From Pseudomonadota bacterium (lineage in GTDB: Bacteria; Desulfobacterota; Desulfobulbia; Desulfobulbales; Desulfocapsaceae), in NCBI GenBank assembly GCA_043826415.1, contig JBDRQE010000042.1:97037-161036 (forward strand): a stretch of 64,000 nucleotides of DNA. The letters are read 5' to 3'. The notes beneath the pieces were generated by a model, which worked only from the letters and a program-made list of their open reading frames with translations, was not told the DNA's origin and did no database searches. The translations under genes were made by a program, and so were the position numbers. Shown here piece after piece: positions 17,917 to 27,731 of this stretch; position 1 is the first letter of the stretch, and every line of letters starts with the position of its first letter.

Positions 17917-18093
17917 ATGTGGCAATCTCTCTCAATCGCCTTTGTGCTTATACTCTGCCTTTTCTTTATCGGTAGAAAGTTGTACAGACAGTTCAAGATC
18001 GCAACAGATCCCAAAGAAAAAATGAGTTGCGGCTGCGGGTGTTCCGGTTGTTCCTCTCAAGGTTGCGCACCGAGCCAGAAGAAAACAAGATAA
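17917..18093 (+). CDS. FeoB-associated Cys-rich small membrane protein (58 aa; absent from the supplied ORF track)
   Basis: My own translation is MWQSLSIAFVLILCLFFIGRKLYRQFKIATDPKEKMSCGCGCSGCSSQGCAPSQKKTR. It has one TM helix plus a CGCGCSGC tail. GAGG lies 6 nt upstream of the ATG, and the stop is 7 nt before the feoB ATG. Confidence 0.65.
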   Translation: MWQSLSIAFVLILCLFFIGRKLYRQFKIATDPKEKMSCGCGCSGCSSQGCAPSQKKTR

Positions 18094-18100
18094 TTTACCG

Positions 18101-20305
18101 ATGAAACAGAATATACGCATGGCCCTTGCCGGCAATCCAAACGCCGGCAAAACCACCCTCTTCAACACCCTGACCGGGGCCAGACAACATGTAGGCAACT
18201 ACCCCGGCATTACCGTTGACTACAAGGAAGGTGTTTTCACCCATAATCATCAGGAAATCATCCTCACCGACCTGCCCGGAACCTACTCCCTGACGGCCTA
18301 CTCAGTTGAAGAGGTTGTGACCAGAGATTATCTGGTAAACGAGAAGCCGCAGGTGGTGATCAATATTGTTGACGCCTCAAACCTCGAACGTAATCTCTAT
18401 CTGACCACCCAGTTTCTGGAGCTTGGCTGCCCTCTGGTCATTGCCCTCAACATGATTGATGTGGCAAAAGATCGTGGCATTGAGATCAGGGCCGAAAAAT
18501 TGGCTGAACTGCTGGGAGTGCCGGTGGTTCCGATCATCGCCCGTTCCGGACAGGGCACCGAGACTCTGATCAGTCAGGCCATACTGCAGGTAACACAGGA
18601 ATGGCAGCCCCGTGACATATCGTATGGTGAAGATCTGGACGAGGCCATCATGGAATTGATCGCCATCATCTCAGAAAATAGTTTCCTGGCCCATACCTAT
18701 CCTGCCCGTTTTACCGCCATCAAATATCTTGAACATGATGACCAGCTCCTGCAGAAAGGACAACAGGAGGACAGCGCCACGGCGGTACGCCTTGAAAAAA
18801 AGGTCACCCAGGTCTCTGACCACCTCCTGAAGACCATGGATGCCTACCCCGAGGCAATCATCGCTGACCATCGCTATGGATTTATCAAATCCATCCTCCG
18901 TCAAGGCGTTCAGACCCATGCCTTTGACACCGACCGGCTCTACACCTCCGACAAAATTGACAAAATCCTCACCAATCGTCTCCTGGGTCCCATTTTCATG
19001 CTCATGATTCTCTTTGGCCTCTACCAGTTCACTTTTTCCTGGAGCGAGTTTCCGGTAGCCTGGCTGGGATTGCTTTTTGGCTGGCTGGGCGAACATGTCG
19101 AAGCCATCATGCCCGACGGCCCGGTTAAATCCATGATAATTTCAGGAGTAATCGACGGAATGGGCGGCGTGCTTGGCTTTGTCCCCTTGATCATGTTCAT
19201 GTTTTTGGGGATTGCCGTCCTTGAAGACTCCGGCTATCTCGCCAGGGTCGCTTTCATGATGGATCGTATCTTCCGTATTTTTGGCCTGCACGGCTCCTCG
19301 GTCATGCCATTTATCGTCTCGGGGGGGATTGCCGGAGGCTGTGCTGTACCTGGGGTCCTGGCCACCAGAACCCTGCGTTCCCCCAAGGAACGGATGGCCA
19401 CCCTGCTCACCGTCCCTTTCATGAACTGCGGTGCCAAGGTGCCGGTTATCGCCCTCTTGATTGGCGCTTTTTTCAGTGAGAACAAGGCAATGTACATGTT
19501 TCTCTTTACCCTGATCTCCTGGGCAGTGGCCCTGCTGGCGGCAAAGTTTCTCCGTAGCACCGTACTCAAGGGTGCAGCCACGCCCTTTGTCATGGAACTG
19601 CCTCCCTACCGCTTCCCCACCCTGCGCGGCCTTGCCATTCATACCTGGGAACGCACCTGGCAGTACATCAAAAAGGCCGGAACCGTAATTCTGGGCATAT
19701 CCATTCTCCTCTGGGCCTTGATGACGTATCCCGGACTGCCGGCGGCAACCAAGGCTGATTATGAACAACAGAGACAGGCCGTGACTTCTTCATTTGCATC
19801 AGAGATCATCGGCGAAAGCACTTCGAAGCACAAAGTCGTGTCAGAAAAAGCACAGAGCCTCCGGCTGCAGCTTCTCGCCATTTCCAATCAGGAATCGGAA
19901 CAGGCGCTGCGCAACTCTATTGCCGGCAGGATAGGCATCGCCCTGGAACCCCTCTCCAGACTGGCTGGATTCGATTGGCGCACCAACATTGCCCTGGTTG
20001 GCGGTTTTGCGGCCAAAGAGGTGATCATCTCCACATTGGGAACCGCTTACTCCATGGGTGACGTCAAAGCAGAGGCCTCTGATTCTTTAGGGAAAAGATT
20101 GACCCGTGACCCCAACTGGAACAAGGTGGTGGCAGTGGCTGCCCTGATTTTCATCATGTTCTACGCCCCCTGTTTTGTCACAGTGGTCTGTATCGCCAAA
20201 GAAGCAGGGCACTGGGGATGGGCACTGTTCTCCATGTCCTTCAATACGATTTTTGCCTTCCTCATGGCCACAGCCGTCTTTCAGATCGGCACCTGGCTGG
20301 GATAA
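18101..20305 (+). CDS. feoB: Ferrous iron transporter FeoB
   Basis: The N-terminal G-domain reads ALAGNPNAGKTTLFNTLTG...DLPGTYSL. The polytopic permease has gate motifs. Length is 734 aa. Confidence 0.95.
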   Translation: MKQNIRMALAGNPNAGKTTLFNTLTGARQHVGNYPGITVDYKEGVFTHNHQEIILTDLPGTYSLTAYSVEEVVTRDYLVNEKPQVVINIVDASNLERNLYLTTQFLELGCPLVIALNMIDVAKDRGIEIRAEKLAELLGVPVVPIIARSGQGTETLISQAILQVTQEWQPRDISYGEDLDEAIMELIAIISENSFLAHTYPARFTAIKYLEHDDQLLQKGQQEDSATAVRLEKKVTQVSDHLLKTMDAYPEAIIADHRYGFIKSILRQGVQTHAFDTDRLYTSDKIDKILTNRLLGPIFMLMILFGLYQFTFSWSEFPVAWLGLLFGWLGEHVEAIMPDGPVKSMIISGVIDGMGGVLGFVPLIMFMFLGIAVLEDSGYLARVAFMMDRIFRIFGLHGSSVMPFIVSGGIAGGCAVPGVLATRTLRSPKERMATLLTVPFMNCGAKVPVIALLIGAFFSENKAMYMFLFTLISWAVALLAAKFLRSTVLKGAATPFVMELPPYRFPTLRGLAIHTWERTWQYIKKAGTVILGISILLWALMTYPGLPAATKADYEQQRQAVTSSFASEIIGESTSKHKVVSEKAQSLRLQLLAISNQESEQALRNSIAGRIGIALEPLSRLAGFDWRTNIALVGGFAAKEVIISTLGTAYSMGDVKAEASDSLGKRLTRDPNWNKVVAVAALIFIMFYAPCFVTVVCIAKEAGHWGWALFSMSFNTIFAFLMATAVFQIGTWLG

Positions 20306-20405
20306 CACGTTCTCTCATCTTTACAGCCATCACCTCTTCCAGGTAACATTACGAACGTTGAGAAATCAAAGAGAGATTATTTTTCAGCTGTTAAACAGGT
20401 ATGCG

Positions 20406-20447
20406 GCCCCTTTATTTCTGCAGTTTCCCGGGCAGACATAAAGGGGC
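20406..20447. terminator. Long hairpin between convergent feoB and the PilZ gene (no clear U-tract)
   Basis: GCCCCTTTAT and ATAAAGGGGC pair, with an inner TCTGC/GCAGA stem. Neither side has a T-run, so its terminator function is uncertain. Confidence 0.35.
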
Positions 20448-20486
20448 TGGAGGAAAGGAATAAGCTTTTTCTATTCCAAACAAAGC

Positions 20487-20897
20487 TCATTGCCGGCTGG
20501 CATGATACTCATTAGTAAGCGCCTCGACAGCCTCCCCCTGCTCTCTGGAAAGGGGGCCAAATTCAACACCTCTTCGACGGATGTGAATCGGACCAGTTTT
20601 CTGTTGAGCAAGAAGCCTATAAATAGGATGATTCGTGTCAGTTACCTCAGCATCATAGGTGGTGATCAACGATACGTTCTCCACATTATATTTATCACCA
20701 AAGAGATAGAAAAGTTCTGAGCTGTCCTGAGGCCAATCCTCATCTTCATGGTAGAAAAAAGCAAGTCCACCCTTACTTATATCAACAATTAAACCCGGCA
20801 GGACCGACAGATCATGCCGGAAGACAGCAAAAGAGCCGAGTTCGATGTTATAACGGATATATTTCCTCTTATTCTGCTCTGTTTGTTCCATAGTCAT
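20487..20897 (-). CDS. PilZ domain protein (c-di-GMP binding)
   Basis: RKYIR matches the RxxxR motif and DISKGG matches D/NxSxxG, at the expected spacing. Length is 136 aa. Confidence 0.8.
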   Translation of the reverse strand: MTMEQTEQNKRKYIRYNIELGSFAVFRHDLSVLPGLIVDISKGGLAFFYHEDEDWPQDSSELFYLFGDKYNVENVSLITTYDAEVTDTNHPIYRLLAQQKTGPIHIRRRGVEFGPLSREQGEAVEALTNEYHASRQ

Positions 20898-21155
20898 TCG
20901 CTGTCCCCGTAGCTATAAAAAATATAATCGCCTCTGAAGTCGACACCTTGGGAGGCAAAACAAACTTTCTATTCAATTCCCACATTAGTGTACGACAAGA
21001 ATCCAATCGTTTCAACACCCTTTGGATTGTGGCTGAACTTTATCGTCAACGACAAACGAAATAGTTTCAAACTGGCCGACAGTAAGGGTATTGACAGCAA
21101 CGCTTGCCGCCCGTTGCCTCAATATTGATTGTTTCCTGCCGGCATTCCATGCAGC

Positions 21156-22433
21156 CTATGCCTTGCGTCCCCGGCGCGGTTTCCGGACACTGTTTTTTGG
21201 TTCTTCATCGGGTTTCCGGCCTTCACCTCGCACCTGCACCGGCTTTATTTTTTTCGGCCTCTTCGGTCGCGCCTGCAGCCGGCGGGTCAAAGGAACATGA
21301 TGGTTGGGGATAAACCCGGTCACTACTTCGCGTACCAGCAGTTGACCGATCAGCGTCTCTATGGCCGAGAGCAGCTGTACCTCGTCGGCGCTGACCAGCG
21401 AGATCGCCTCCCCCTTGCAACCGGCCCGACCGGTGCGGCCGATACGATGGACGTAGTCTTCAGCCACCTTGGGCAGATCAAAATTGATCACGTGCGGCAG
21501 CTCACTGATGTCGATACCGCGGGCAGCAATATCAGTGGCGACCAGGACCCGGACCTTGCCCTCTTTGAAGTCGGCCAGGGCGCGGGAACGCTCGGACTGA
21601 GACTTGTCACCGTGGATCACCGCTGCCAAGATGCCGTCGCCCTCCAGTTTCCTCGCCAGACTGTCAGCCCCGTTCCTGGTGCGGACGAAAACCAGTACCT
21701 GTTCCCAACCATGCTTGCGCACCAGATGACTGAGCAGGGCCGACTTCTTGCCCTTATCAACCTCATAGAGCCACTGTTTCACACTCCGGGGGGCGGAGTT
21801 CCGCGGACTGACCTCTATCTGCACCGGATTTCGGAGAAGTCCCCCTGTGAGCTTGCAGATGTCACTGGAAAAGGTGGCCGAGAAGAGCAGGTTCTGACGC
21901 CTGGACGGCAGCAGGGCCAGGATCTTACGGATATCGTTGATAAACCCCAGATCAAGCATCCGGTCGGCCTCATCAAGCACCAGGGTCTCCACCTGCGCAA
22001 ACTTCACGGCATTCTGGTTGAACAGGTCCAACAAACGGCCCGGAGTCGCCACCAGCACATCGACCCCGCCACGCAGTTTCATCATCTGCGGATTGATCTT
22101 CACCCCCCCGTACACCACACCCGATTTCAGCGGCAGGTATTTGCCATAGATGGCAACACTCTGCTCTACCTGCACCGCCAGCTCACGGGTCGGCGTCAGC
22201 ACCAGAACGCGGATGTGATTCGCCTGCACCCTGGGGCCACCGGTAAGACGCTGCAGCAAGGGCAGGACAAAACCAGCGGTCTTACCGGTTCCGGTCTGGG
22301 CCGCAGCCATGACATCCTTGCCGGAAAGAACAGCGGGAATCGCCTTGAGCTGGATCGGTGTGGGGATGACATACCCACTTTCATCAATGGCACGAAGTAG
22401 GGCGTCGGAAAGTCCGAGGGAGGCAAATGACAT
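21156..22433 (-). CDS. rhlE: DEAD-box ATP-dependent RNA helicase, RhlE-like
   Basis: The motifs [27 protein letters not shown] and [10 protein letters not shown] are present, with a basic C-terminal tail. Confidence 0.9.
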   Translation of the reverse strand: MSFASLGLSDALLRAIDESGYVIPTPIQLKAIPAVLSGKDVMAAAQTGTGKTAGFVLPLLQRLTGGPRVQANHIRVLVLTPTRELAVQVEQSVAIYGKYLPLKSGVVYGGVKINPQMMKLRGGVDVLVATPGRLLDLFNQNAVKFAQVETLVLDEADRMLDLGFINDIRKILALLPSRRQNLLFSATFSSDICKLTGGLLRNPVQIEVSPRNSAPRSVKQWLYEVDKGKKSALLSHLVRKHGWEQVLVFVRTRNGADSLARKLEGDGILAAVIHGDKSQSERSRALADFKEGKVRVLVATDIAARGIDISELPHVINFDLPKVAEDYVHRIGRTGRAGCKGEAISLVSADEVQLLSAIETLIGQLLVREVVTGFIPNHHVPLTRRLQARPKRPKKIKPVQVRGEGRKPDEEPKNSVRKPRRGRKA

Positions 22434-22522
22434 GGGGCATGTTTCTCGAAAAGAGGTTGATGTTCTCTCAATAGTAACGGATGTCGCCTATCGAAAGAGA
22501 GGTGTTGGGACCTGGCCAGAAA

Positions 22523-24133
22523 TCATCTTCCCCGACTGAACACCCTTTCCCTCACAGGGTTGACGGAGCTGAGCTTGATGGCGAGAGCCGCCTGATTCCG
22601 CAGGGTTTTCAGGGCATCCAGCTGACGCTGTTCAAGATGGTGCTCCGGCGAGATATGTGCACCATAGATGAGGCCGGTGGATCGTTTATTCACGATGAGG
22701 GGATAAATCACAAAGCTTGGTGAAAAAATCATCCCCCGAAACCAGGCGGGGGTGCGCAGGGTGAGGTCGGCAACAGAGATGTTATCAATATAGAGATCCC
22801 GGCCTTCGGCCAGGGCCATATTAAAGAGATCTCTGGAATTCTCCTGTACCGGAAAGCTGAACTCCGCCAGCAACTCCTTAGCATTCCGGCCAAAACCGTA
22901 ACGGGGCTGCATGATATTCGTCGTTGGATTGCGAAAGAATATGAGCGTCTGGTCAAAACCAAGCCCACGGTAAACGCTCTCCAGGATCAGTGTGAGCAAG
23001 GGATCGAGAGTAAAATCATCCAGCATGGCATCAGTGATCTCCTGAATAGCATCTGACAGCAGTTGCTGCCTGTCCTCTATACTGATACTAGCCGATGATG
23101 GTGGCACGCCGTCACTGATTTCAAAATCCGCAAGGGAGACAGCGGCCTCAGAGGGCCTCACCTGTTCCTCAGGGGTATTGACGGAGGCGAGCTCAGATTG
23201 CCCCCTGAAGCTACGCTGATCAAGTTTGGACAGATCCTTCTGTTTGAGGTTGAGCACATCGGCGAAGTCTCGCATCTTGGAGAGAGCCGAATCCATCATC
23301 TTGATTATTTCTTTTTCCGGAATATTATAGGAGGCCTTGTATTTTTTCAGAACACTGCGAAGCTCCTCTTGCCGCTGCTCGGGTAAGGAATCTATTCTGA
23401 TACTACAAAGCTCATTGGCAAAATTGACCAGTTTCCTCTGTCGGTCGATTTTTGCGTTTCTGTCCTTTATCTCCTGCACCGGAATCATTTTCATGCTGGT
23501 AATAATTAATGTCGGCAAATTCCATAAATCGGCCACCTCCATTCCCAGTTCGTCAAAGGTGGTGCCAAGAGTTTTCTGCATGGCTATCTCGTCGGTCAGT
23601 TCCCCTTCCACCACCAATTGCCGATATTCCTCATACTTGTCCGGAAAACAATACATGACAAGCAGCCGCCCGAAATTATGGAACATGCCACAGATAAAAA
23701 GATCCTCCCCATCTTCCATCTTCAAATGTTTTGAGAGATCCTGGGCCAGTATTCCGGTGAGAAAAGAAGAAAACACCTCTTCTTTGACATACTGTGCTGT
23801 GGTTTTATCCTGCAGATTTGCGAAAAACATAAGCCCGGTCGCGGTAATCCGGACCTGTTCAAAGCCGAGGATAACCACAGCCCGTGAGACGGTTGAGATC
23901 TGACCTGAGAATTGCCGGTACATTGCCGAATTTACCACTTTAAGCAATTTGCTGCTCAGAGAGAAATCTTTGAGAACAAGACTGGCCAGTTCATTGGCAG
24001 AAGTCATGCTTAAAGGAGAGGTCTTTAAATTTATTTCGGTGATATGTTGAAGCACTGCCGGGAACTCACCCTTCTCATTCATCCGCTCAAGCAATTGTTC
24101 ACCGGTGATCTTATTTGCTTTGCTGATCGTCAT
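22523..24133 (-). CDS. HDOD domain signalling protein with C-terminal GAF-like domain
   Basis: The N-terminal HDOD pattern is LASLVLKDFSLSSKLLKVVNSAMY...VSRAVVILGF, followed by MFHNFG. The C-terminal ~160 aa is GAF-like. Confidence 0.75.
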   Translation of the reverse strand: MTISKANKITGEQLLERMNEKGEFPAVLQHITEINLKTSPLSMTSANELASLVLKDFSLSSKLLKVVNSAMYRQFSGQISTVSRAVVILGFEQVRITATGLMFFANLQDKTTAQYVKEEVFSSFLTGILAQDLSKHLKMEDGEDLFICGMFHNFGRLLVMYCFPDKYEEYRQLVVEGELTDEIAMQKTLGTTFDELGMEVADLWNLPTLIITSMKMIPVQEIKDRNAKIDRQRKLVNFANELCSIRIDSLPEQRQEELRSVLKKYKASYNIPEKEIIKMMDSALSKMRDFADVLNLKQKDLSKLDQRSFRGQSELASVNTPEEQVRPSEAAVSLADFEISDGVPPSSASISIEDRQQLLSDAIQEITDAMLDDFTLDPLLTLILESVYRGLGFDQTLIFFRNPTTNIMQPRYGFGRNAKELLAEFSFPVQENSRDLFNMALAEGRDLYIDNISVADLTLRTPAWFRGMIFSPSFVIYPLIVNKRSTGLIYGAHISPEHHLEQRQLDALKTLRNQAALAIKLSSVNPVRERVFSRGR

Positions 24134-24414
24134 TCACTGCTCCGAGAAAGATTCCAAAAAGGTTTTGGTTGTGAGATATAGCTAATCTATTGCGGGTTGC
24201 CGATGAAACAATATGTCCCCTGTAATCCATATCGGTAAACTTTTCAATAAAATGACTAAATACGCTGAACTGGCATAATTTTCACCACGAATACGGCATA
24301 AGTCTTTTTGAGAGTGTCATCCCCCGTATCTGTAGGTCGATTCCACAGTGACATGAACGACTAATCGCCTCTGGCGATGCCGGCGTGTAAACAACCATCG
24401 ACAAGATATTCTTG

Positions 24415-25269
24415 CTAGTACCCTTCCAGCGGATGCATAAGCGCCGCGATCTGTTCCAGACCCTTGACAAAGGTCAGGGGCGAGGGGCTGCAGATGATAT
24501 CCGGATCCACGACAAAGACCTGCCGGTTCCGCACCGCCGAGATAGGCGCGAAACGTAGCCACTCCTCCTTTTCCCTGGCGCCGATCCCACCTTCGCTGCC
24601 CATGACCGCGATAATGATCACATCCGGGTTCTGGGCCGCCACCTTTTCCCGGTTATAGCGGCCATCCCTCTGGCCGGCGGCAATGTTGACGCCGCCGGCC
24701 AGCACGATATAGTCATTGGTAAAGGAACTTGCCACCGAGGCAAACAAGGGATGGGCACCCACCTGCAGGAACACCTTTTTTGGCGGAATCCCGCTAACCC
24801 TCTGCTGGATGGCCCGGACCTCTTTCCTGGCCTGGCCAATGATCTCACGGGCTCTGGCTTCAAGACCCAGGAGTTTCCCCAGCTCCAGAAACTGAGTGCA
24901 GATTGCGGCAAAGTTTGAGGGTTGGGAGAAATGAACCACCCGCACCCCGGAGGCCGCCAACTGAGCCACCTGCTGCGGACTGGTCAGCCCGGTGGCCAGA
25001 ATAAGGTCCGGCTGCAGACTCAGGATCTGTTCGATATTGAGCTGCATCACCGAGCCGATCTTCACCTTGTCCCGGGCCGCTGCCGGATGCACGCAATAGC
25101 TGGTGTCAGCCAGCAGACGATCCCCCGCCCCCAGCAGAAAGACATTCTCGGTATTGATCGGCCCAAGTGAGACAATCCGCTGGGGGTATTGCCCATCATC
25201 ACTCACCGCCGCAGCCGGAGACAAGCCCGTGACTGCAAGCAGCATCAGACAGAGAAGGTATCGAAACAT
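24415..25269 (-). CDS. Periplasmic binding protein, cobalamin/siderophore class (BtuF-like)
   Basis: A signal peptide is present. RIVSLGPINTENVFLLGAGDRLLA...ILSLQPDLILA is typical of the Peripla_BP_2 family. The gene lies 3 nt downstream of the B12-riboswitch-controlled receptor. Confidence 0.78.
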   Translation of the reverse strand: MFRYLLCLMLLAVTGLSPAAAVSDDGQYPQRIVSLGPINTENVFLLGAGDRLLADTSYCVHPAAARDKVKIGSVMQLNIEQILSLQPDLILATGLTSPQQVAQLAASGVRVVHFSQPSNFAAICTQFLELGKLLGLEARAREIIGQARKEVRAIQQRVSGIPPKKVFLQVGAHPLFASVASSFTNDYIVLAGGVNIAAGQRDGRYNREKVAAQNPDVIIIAVMGSEGGIGAREKEEWLRFAPISAVRNRQVFVVDPDIICSPSPLTFVKGLEQIAALMHPLEGY

Positions 25270-25272
25270 TTG

Positions 25273-27324
25273 TTAATACTCCCACTTCAGGCTGACCAAG
25301 GCCGACCGCCCCGGCATGGGGTAGCCCTTGACATAGGCATAGTCCTCATCAAAGAGATTGCGCAGCTCGCCGCGTACAGTGAAGTCGCCCAGAGTTGCAT
25401 CCTGCCGGAAACGATAACTGAGGGTCAGGTCGGTGACCACAAAGCTGCCCTTCTCCACCACCTCATAGCTCTCTTCCCAGTCATCCACCTGCTGCGGCCC
25501 GGTATAGGTCACATTGAAACGGCCGGAAAAGGCGCCGGAATCAGAAAAGGCAAGCCCCGTTGACAGGGTCAGATCACTCACATAGGTGAGATCAAGACCG
25601 GTTGAGTCATCCTCATACTGGTTGAGCCAGGTCATATCAACAAAGGGACGGACCTCCCAGGCCCAGCGCAGGGGAGCGCCGAGGTCATAGGAGAGCGCCG
25701 CCTCCAGACCATTGATGGTGGCACTGCCCAGATTGGTATAGGAACTGGCCCCACTGGCCACTTTATTGCTGACAATCTTATCTTCAAAATCAGTGGCAAA
25801 CCAGGTAAGCGAGCCGGAAAAACCTGCTTTGCTATAATCGGCGCCGCCCTCCCAGGTCAGGCTTTTTTCAGGATCAAGATCGGGGTTGCCAATGGTGCGG
25901 CGGCCAAAAGAAACCATATCAATGGCGAGCTGGTCGGCCGAGGGCATGACAAAACCCTGGGCCACCTGACCCCGCAGCTTGAGACCATCGTTCACCATCC
26001 AGGCCATGCCAAGCTGGGGCGTAAAATGAGAGTCATCGACCTTGGAGCCAGTCGGTTGCTGCACTTCAACAGCGTACCAGTCCTGGCGCACCCCGCCGGA
26101 AACGATGATACGGTCTTCAAGAAGGCCAAGCCTGGCCAGCAGAAAAAAGGCCGGATTCGTATAACTGGTCTGCTGGGGGCTCCAACTGTTTTCCACCGCA
26201 TAATGGAGCCAGTCCACACCGGTGGTCAGGCTCAGCGCTCCGAAGGTTCCGCTGATCTGGGCCTGCCCCCCCTGCTGATCGGTGGTGTTACGGGAATCGA
26301 TACCGTTATCCCAGCCCGTAGGATTGGATGACATTGGGTCGACCCAGACGTTTTTATCCCTGCCGAAGAAATAGCGGCCCATCCACTGATAGCGGCCGGA
26401 ACTGTTCCGGCCGCTGTAGCGGCTATCCACGGAATAATTGCTGCTATCGGTATAATTGTCGCTATCATTGACACTCAGATAGCCGGGATTACCGGCCTTA
26501 TTGACATCAAAATCGGTGACGATCACCCCCACCCGGTTATGCGGCGCAAACTCATACCCCACGTTGGCGCTGGCCCCAATCTGAGAATGGAGAGCGGTAT
26601 TGGCATAGGTGACGCCACTGGCCGTCTCATAGTCATCATGGGTGGCCGCGGAAAAGGCCCCGGCGAAATCAAACCCCTGTCCTTTGGCGGTGCCGCCGAG
26701 ACTCCCCTCTGCCTGCCCGAAGGTGCCGCCTCCAGCCTCAAGGAAAGCGGAATTGGCAAGGCCCTGGCGGGTGATAATATTGACCACCCCGCCCATGCCG
26801 CCGGAGCCATACTGGACCGCTCCCGGGCCGCGGACAATCTCGATCCGCTCCACATTTTTGGTCAGGATCTTGGCCAGATTGCCGGTCCCGGACCTGCGGC
26901 CATCAAGGAGGATCAAGACATGGCCCTGAAGATCATTGCCGTGGGTCTCGGTGCGAAAACCACGAATACCGATGGTGGTCAACGCCCCAGGATATTTCTG
27001 GACATGGCCAAGACCCTTTTCAGCCAGGAGATCGCCTACATTATCGGCCGCGGCCCGCTCCAGCTCATCCCGATCGATCACCGTCAGATTGGCGCTCACC
27101 CCGCTGCTCTTTTCCGGGACCCGAGTCGCCGTGATGGTCAGATAAGTCTTGCCGTTGACGGTCTCGATTTGCGGCAATTGCTCGACCGCCGGGGAGACAG
27201 CCGCCACATCGCCCGCCGGAATCGGCGGCGGCCCACCTTCCACGGCCAGCACTCCACTGACATCAGAGAAAAACAAACTACAAACTGCTAAACAAAAACA
27301 TTGCCGAGGATACCGCTTCTTCAT
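25273..27324 (-). CDS. btuB: TonB-dependent outer membrane receptor, vitamin B12 transporter BtuB-like
   Basis: It has a plug domain (TVIDRDELER, GIRGF), a beta-barrel and the terminal residues WEY. I chose the ATG at 27324 (MKKRYPRQC..., signal peptide), preceded by GAAGGAG. A cobalamin riboswitch lies upstream. Confidence 0.85.
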   Translation of the reverse strand: MKKRYPRQCFCLAVCSLFFSDVSGVLAVEGGPPPIPAGDVAAVSPAVEQLPQIETVNGKTYLTITATRVPEKSSGVSANLTVIDRDELERAAADNVGDLLAEKGLGHVQKYPGALTTIGIRGFRTETHGNDLQGHVLILLDGRRSGTGNLAKILTKNVERIEIVRGPGAVQYGSGGMGGVVNIITRQGLANSAFLEAGGGTFGQAEGSLGGTAKGQGFDFAGAFSAATHDDYETASGVTYANTALHSQIGASANVGYEFAPHNRVGVIVTDFDVNKAGNPGYLSVNDSDNYTDSSNYSVDSRYSGRNSSGRYQWMGRYFFGRDKNVWVDPMSSNPTGWDNGIDSRNTTDQQGGQAQISGTFGALSLTTGVDWLHYAVENSWSPQQTSYTNPAFFLLARLGLLEDRIIVSGGVRQDWYAVEVQQPTGSKVDDSHFTPQLGMAWMVNDGLKLRGQVAQGFVMPSADQLAIDMVSFGRRTIGNPDLDPEKSLTWEGGADYSKAGFSGSLTWFATDFEDKIVSNKVASGASSYTNLGSATINGLEAALSYDLGAPLRWAWEVRPFVDMTWLNQYEDDSTGLDLTYVSDLTLSTGLAFSDSGAFSGRFNVTYTGPQQVDDWEESYEVVEKGSFVVTDLTLSYRFRQDATLGDFTVRGELRNLFDEDYAYVKGYPMPGRSALVSLKWEY

Positions 27325-27371
27325 TTTTTCTCCTTCAAGAAAAGCAGTCCGGGGCAGGCCAGTAAAAAAGC

Positions 27372-27410
27372 AAAAAAATCCCCGGACCAATAAATATTGA
27401 TCCGGGGATT
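27372..27410 (-). terminator. Riboswitch expression-platform terminator
   Basis: The minus strand reads AATCCCCGGA-(14 nt)-TCCGGGGATT followed by T7. It lies between the aptamer and the btuB RBS. Confidence 0.68.
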
Positions 27411-27471
27411 GCCTTGTTTTATCCACAGATGACACAGGTCTGCCCCTTGTCCACGGAGACATCCTTCTTTA

Positions 27472-27637
27472 TTTCAGACAGGTCTTCTGACTCCCGGATC
27501 GTCCTCCCTGTTGCGCCTTCCCAACCTGAAAAATAAGGTCAGTGGCTTGAATGCAACGGTCGTCCCCGGTCACAGCGGCGGGCCCGTCCCGGATTGTCAC
27601 CGGGTTCCCTTTTAAGCTCAGTTATGAGCATCTGAAA
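27472..27637 (-). promoter_or_regulatory. Cobalamin (B12) riboswitch aptamer
   Basis: The minus strand reads AAAAGGGAACCCGGTGACAATCCGGGACGGGCCCGCCGCTGTGACCGGGGACGA...GCCACTG...GGGAAGGCG...AGTCAGAAGACCTG (B12 box). P1 pairs TTTCAGA (27637-27631) with TCTGAAA (27478-27472). Confidence 0.88.
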
Positions 27638-27649
27638 TTTTCTCGTCAA

Positions 27650-27678
27650 TGATTACTGAAAAAGCCGGCACAAGTCAA
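27650..27678 (-). promoter_or_regulatory. Candidate sigma70 promoter of the riboswitch-btuB transcript
   Basis: The minus strand has TTGACT (27678-27673), a 17-nt spacer, then TAATCA (27655-27650). It lies about 13 nt upstream of P1. Confidence 0.4.
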
Positions 27679-27731
27679 CGACAAAAATGTGCTCTTCTCA
27701 TGGCTGTCAGGTCCAGCAAGTATCCGTCATC

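Noticed and set aside
21129-22400. 423-aa plus-strand ORF almost coextensive with the helicase gene.
   Set aside because: The minus strand carries every DEAD-box motif ([23 protein letters not shown]). The plus-strand product has no motifs and a skewed composition.
26539-27291. 250-aa and other plus-strand ORFs inside 25.3-27.4 kb.
   Set aside because: They are antisense to the TonB-dependent receptor and are shadow ORFs of a GC-rich third-position gene.
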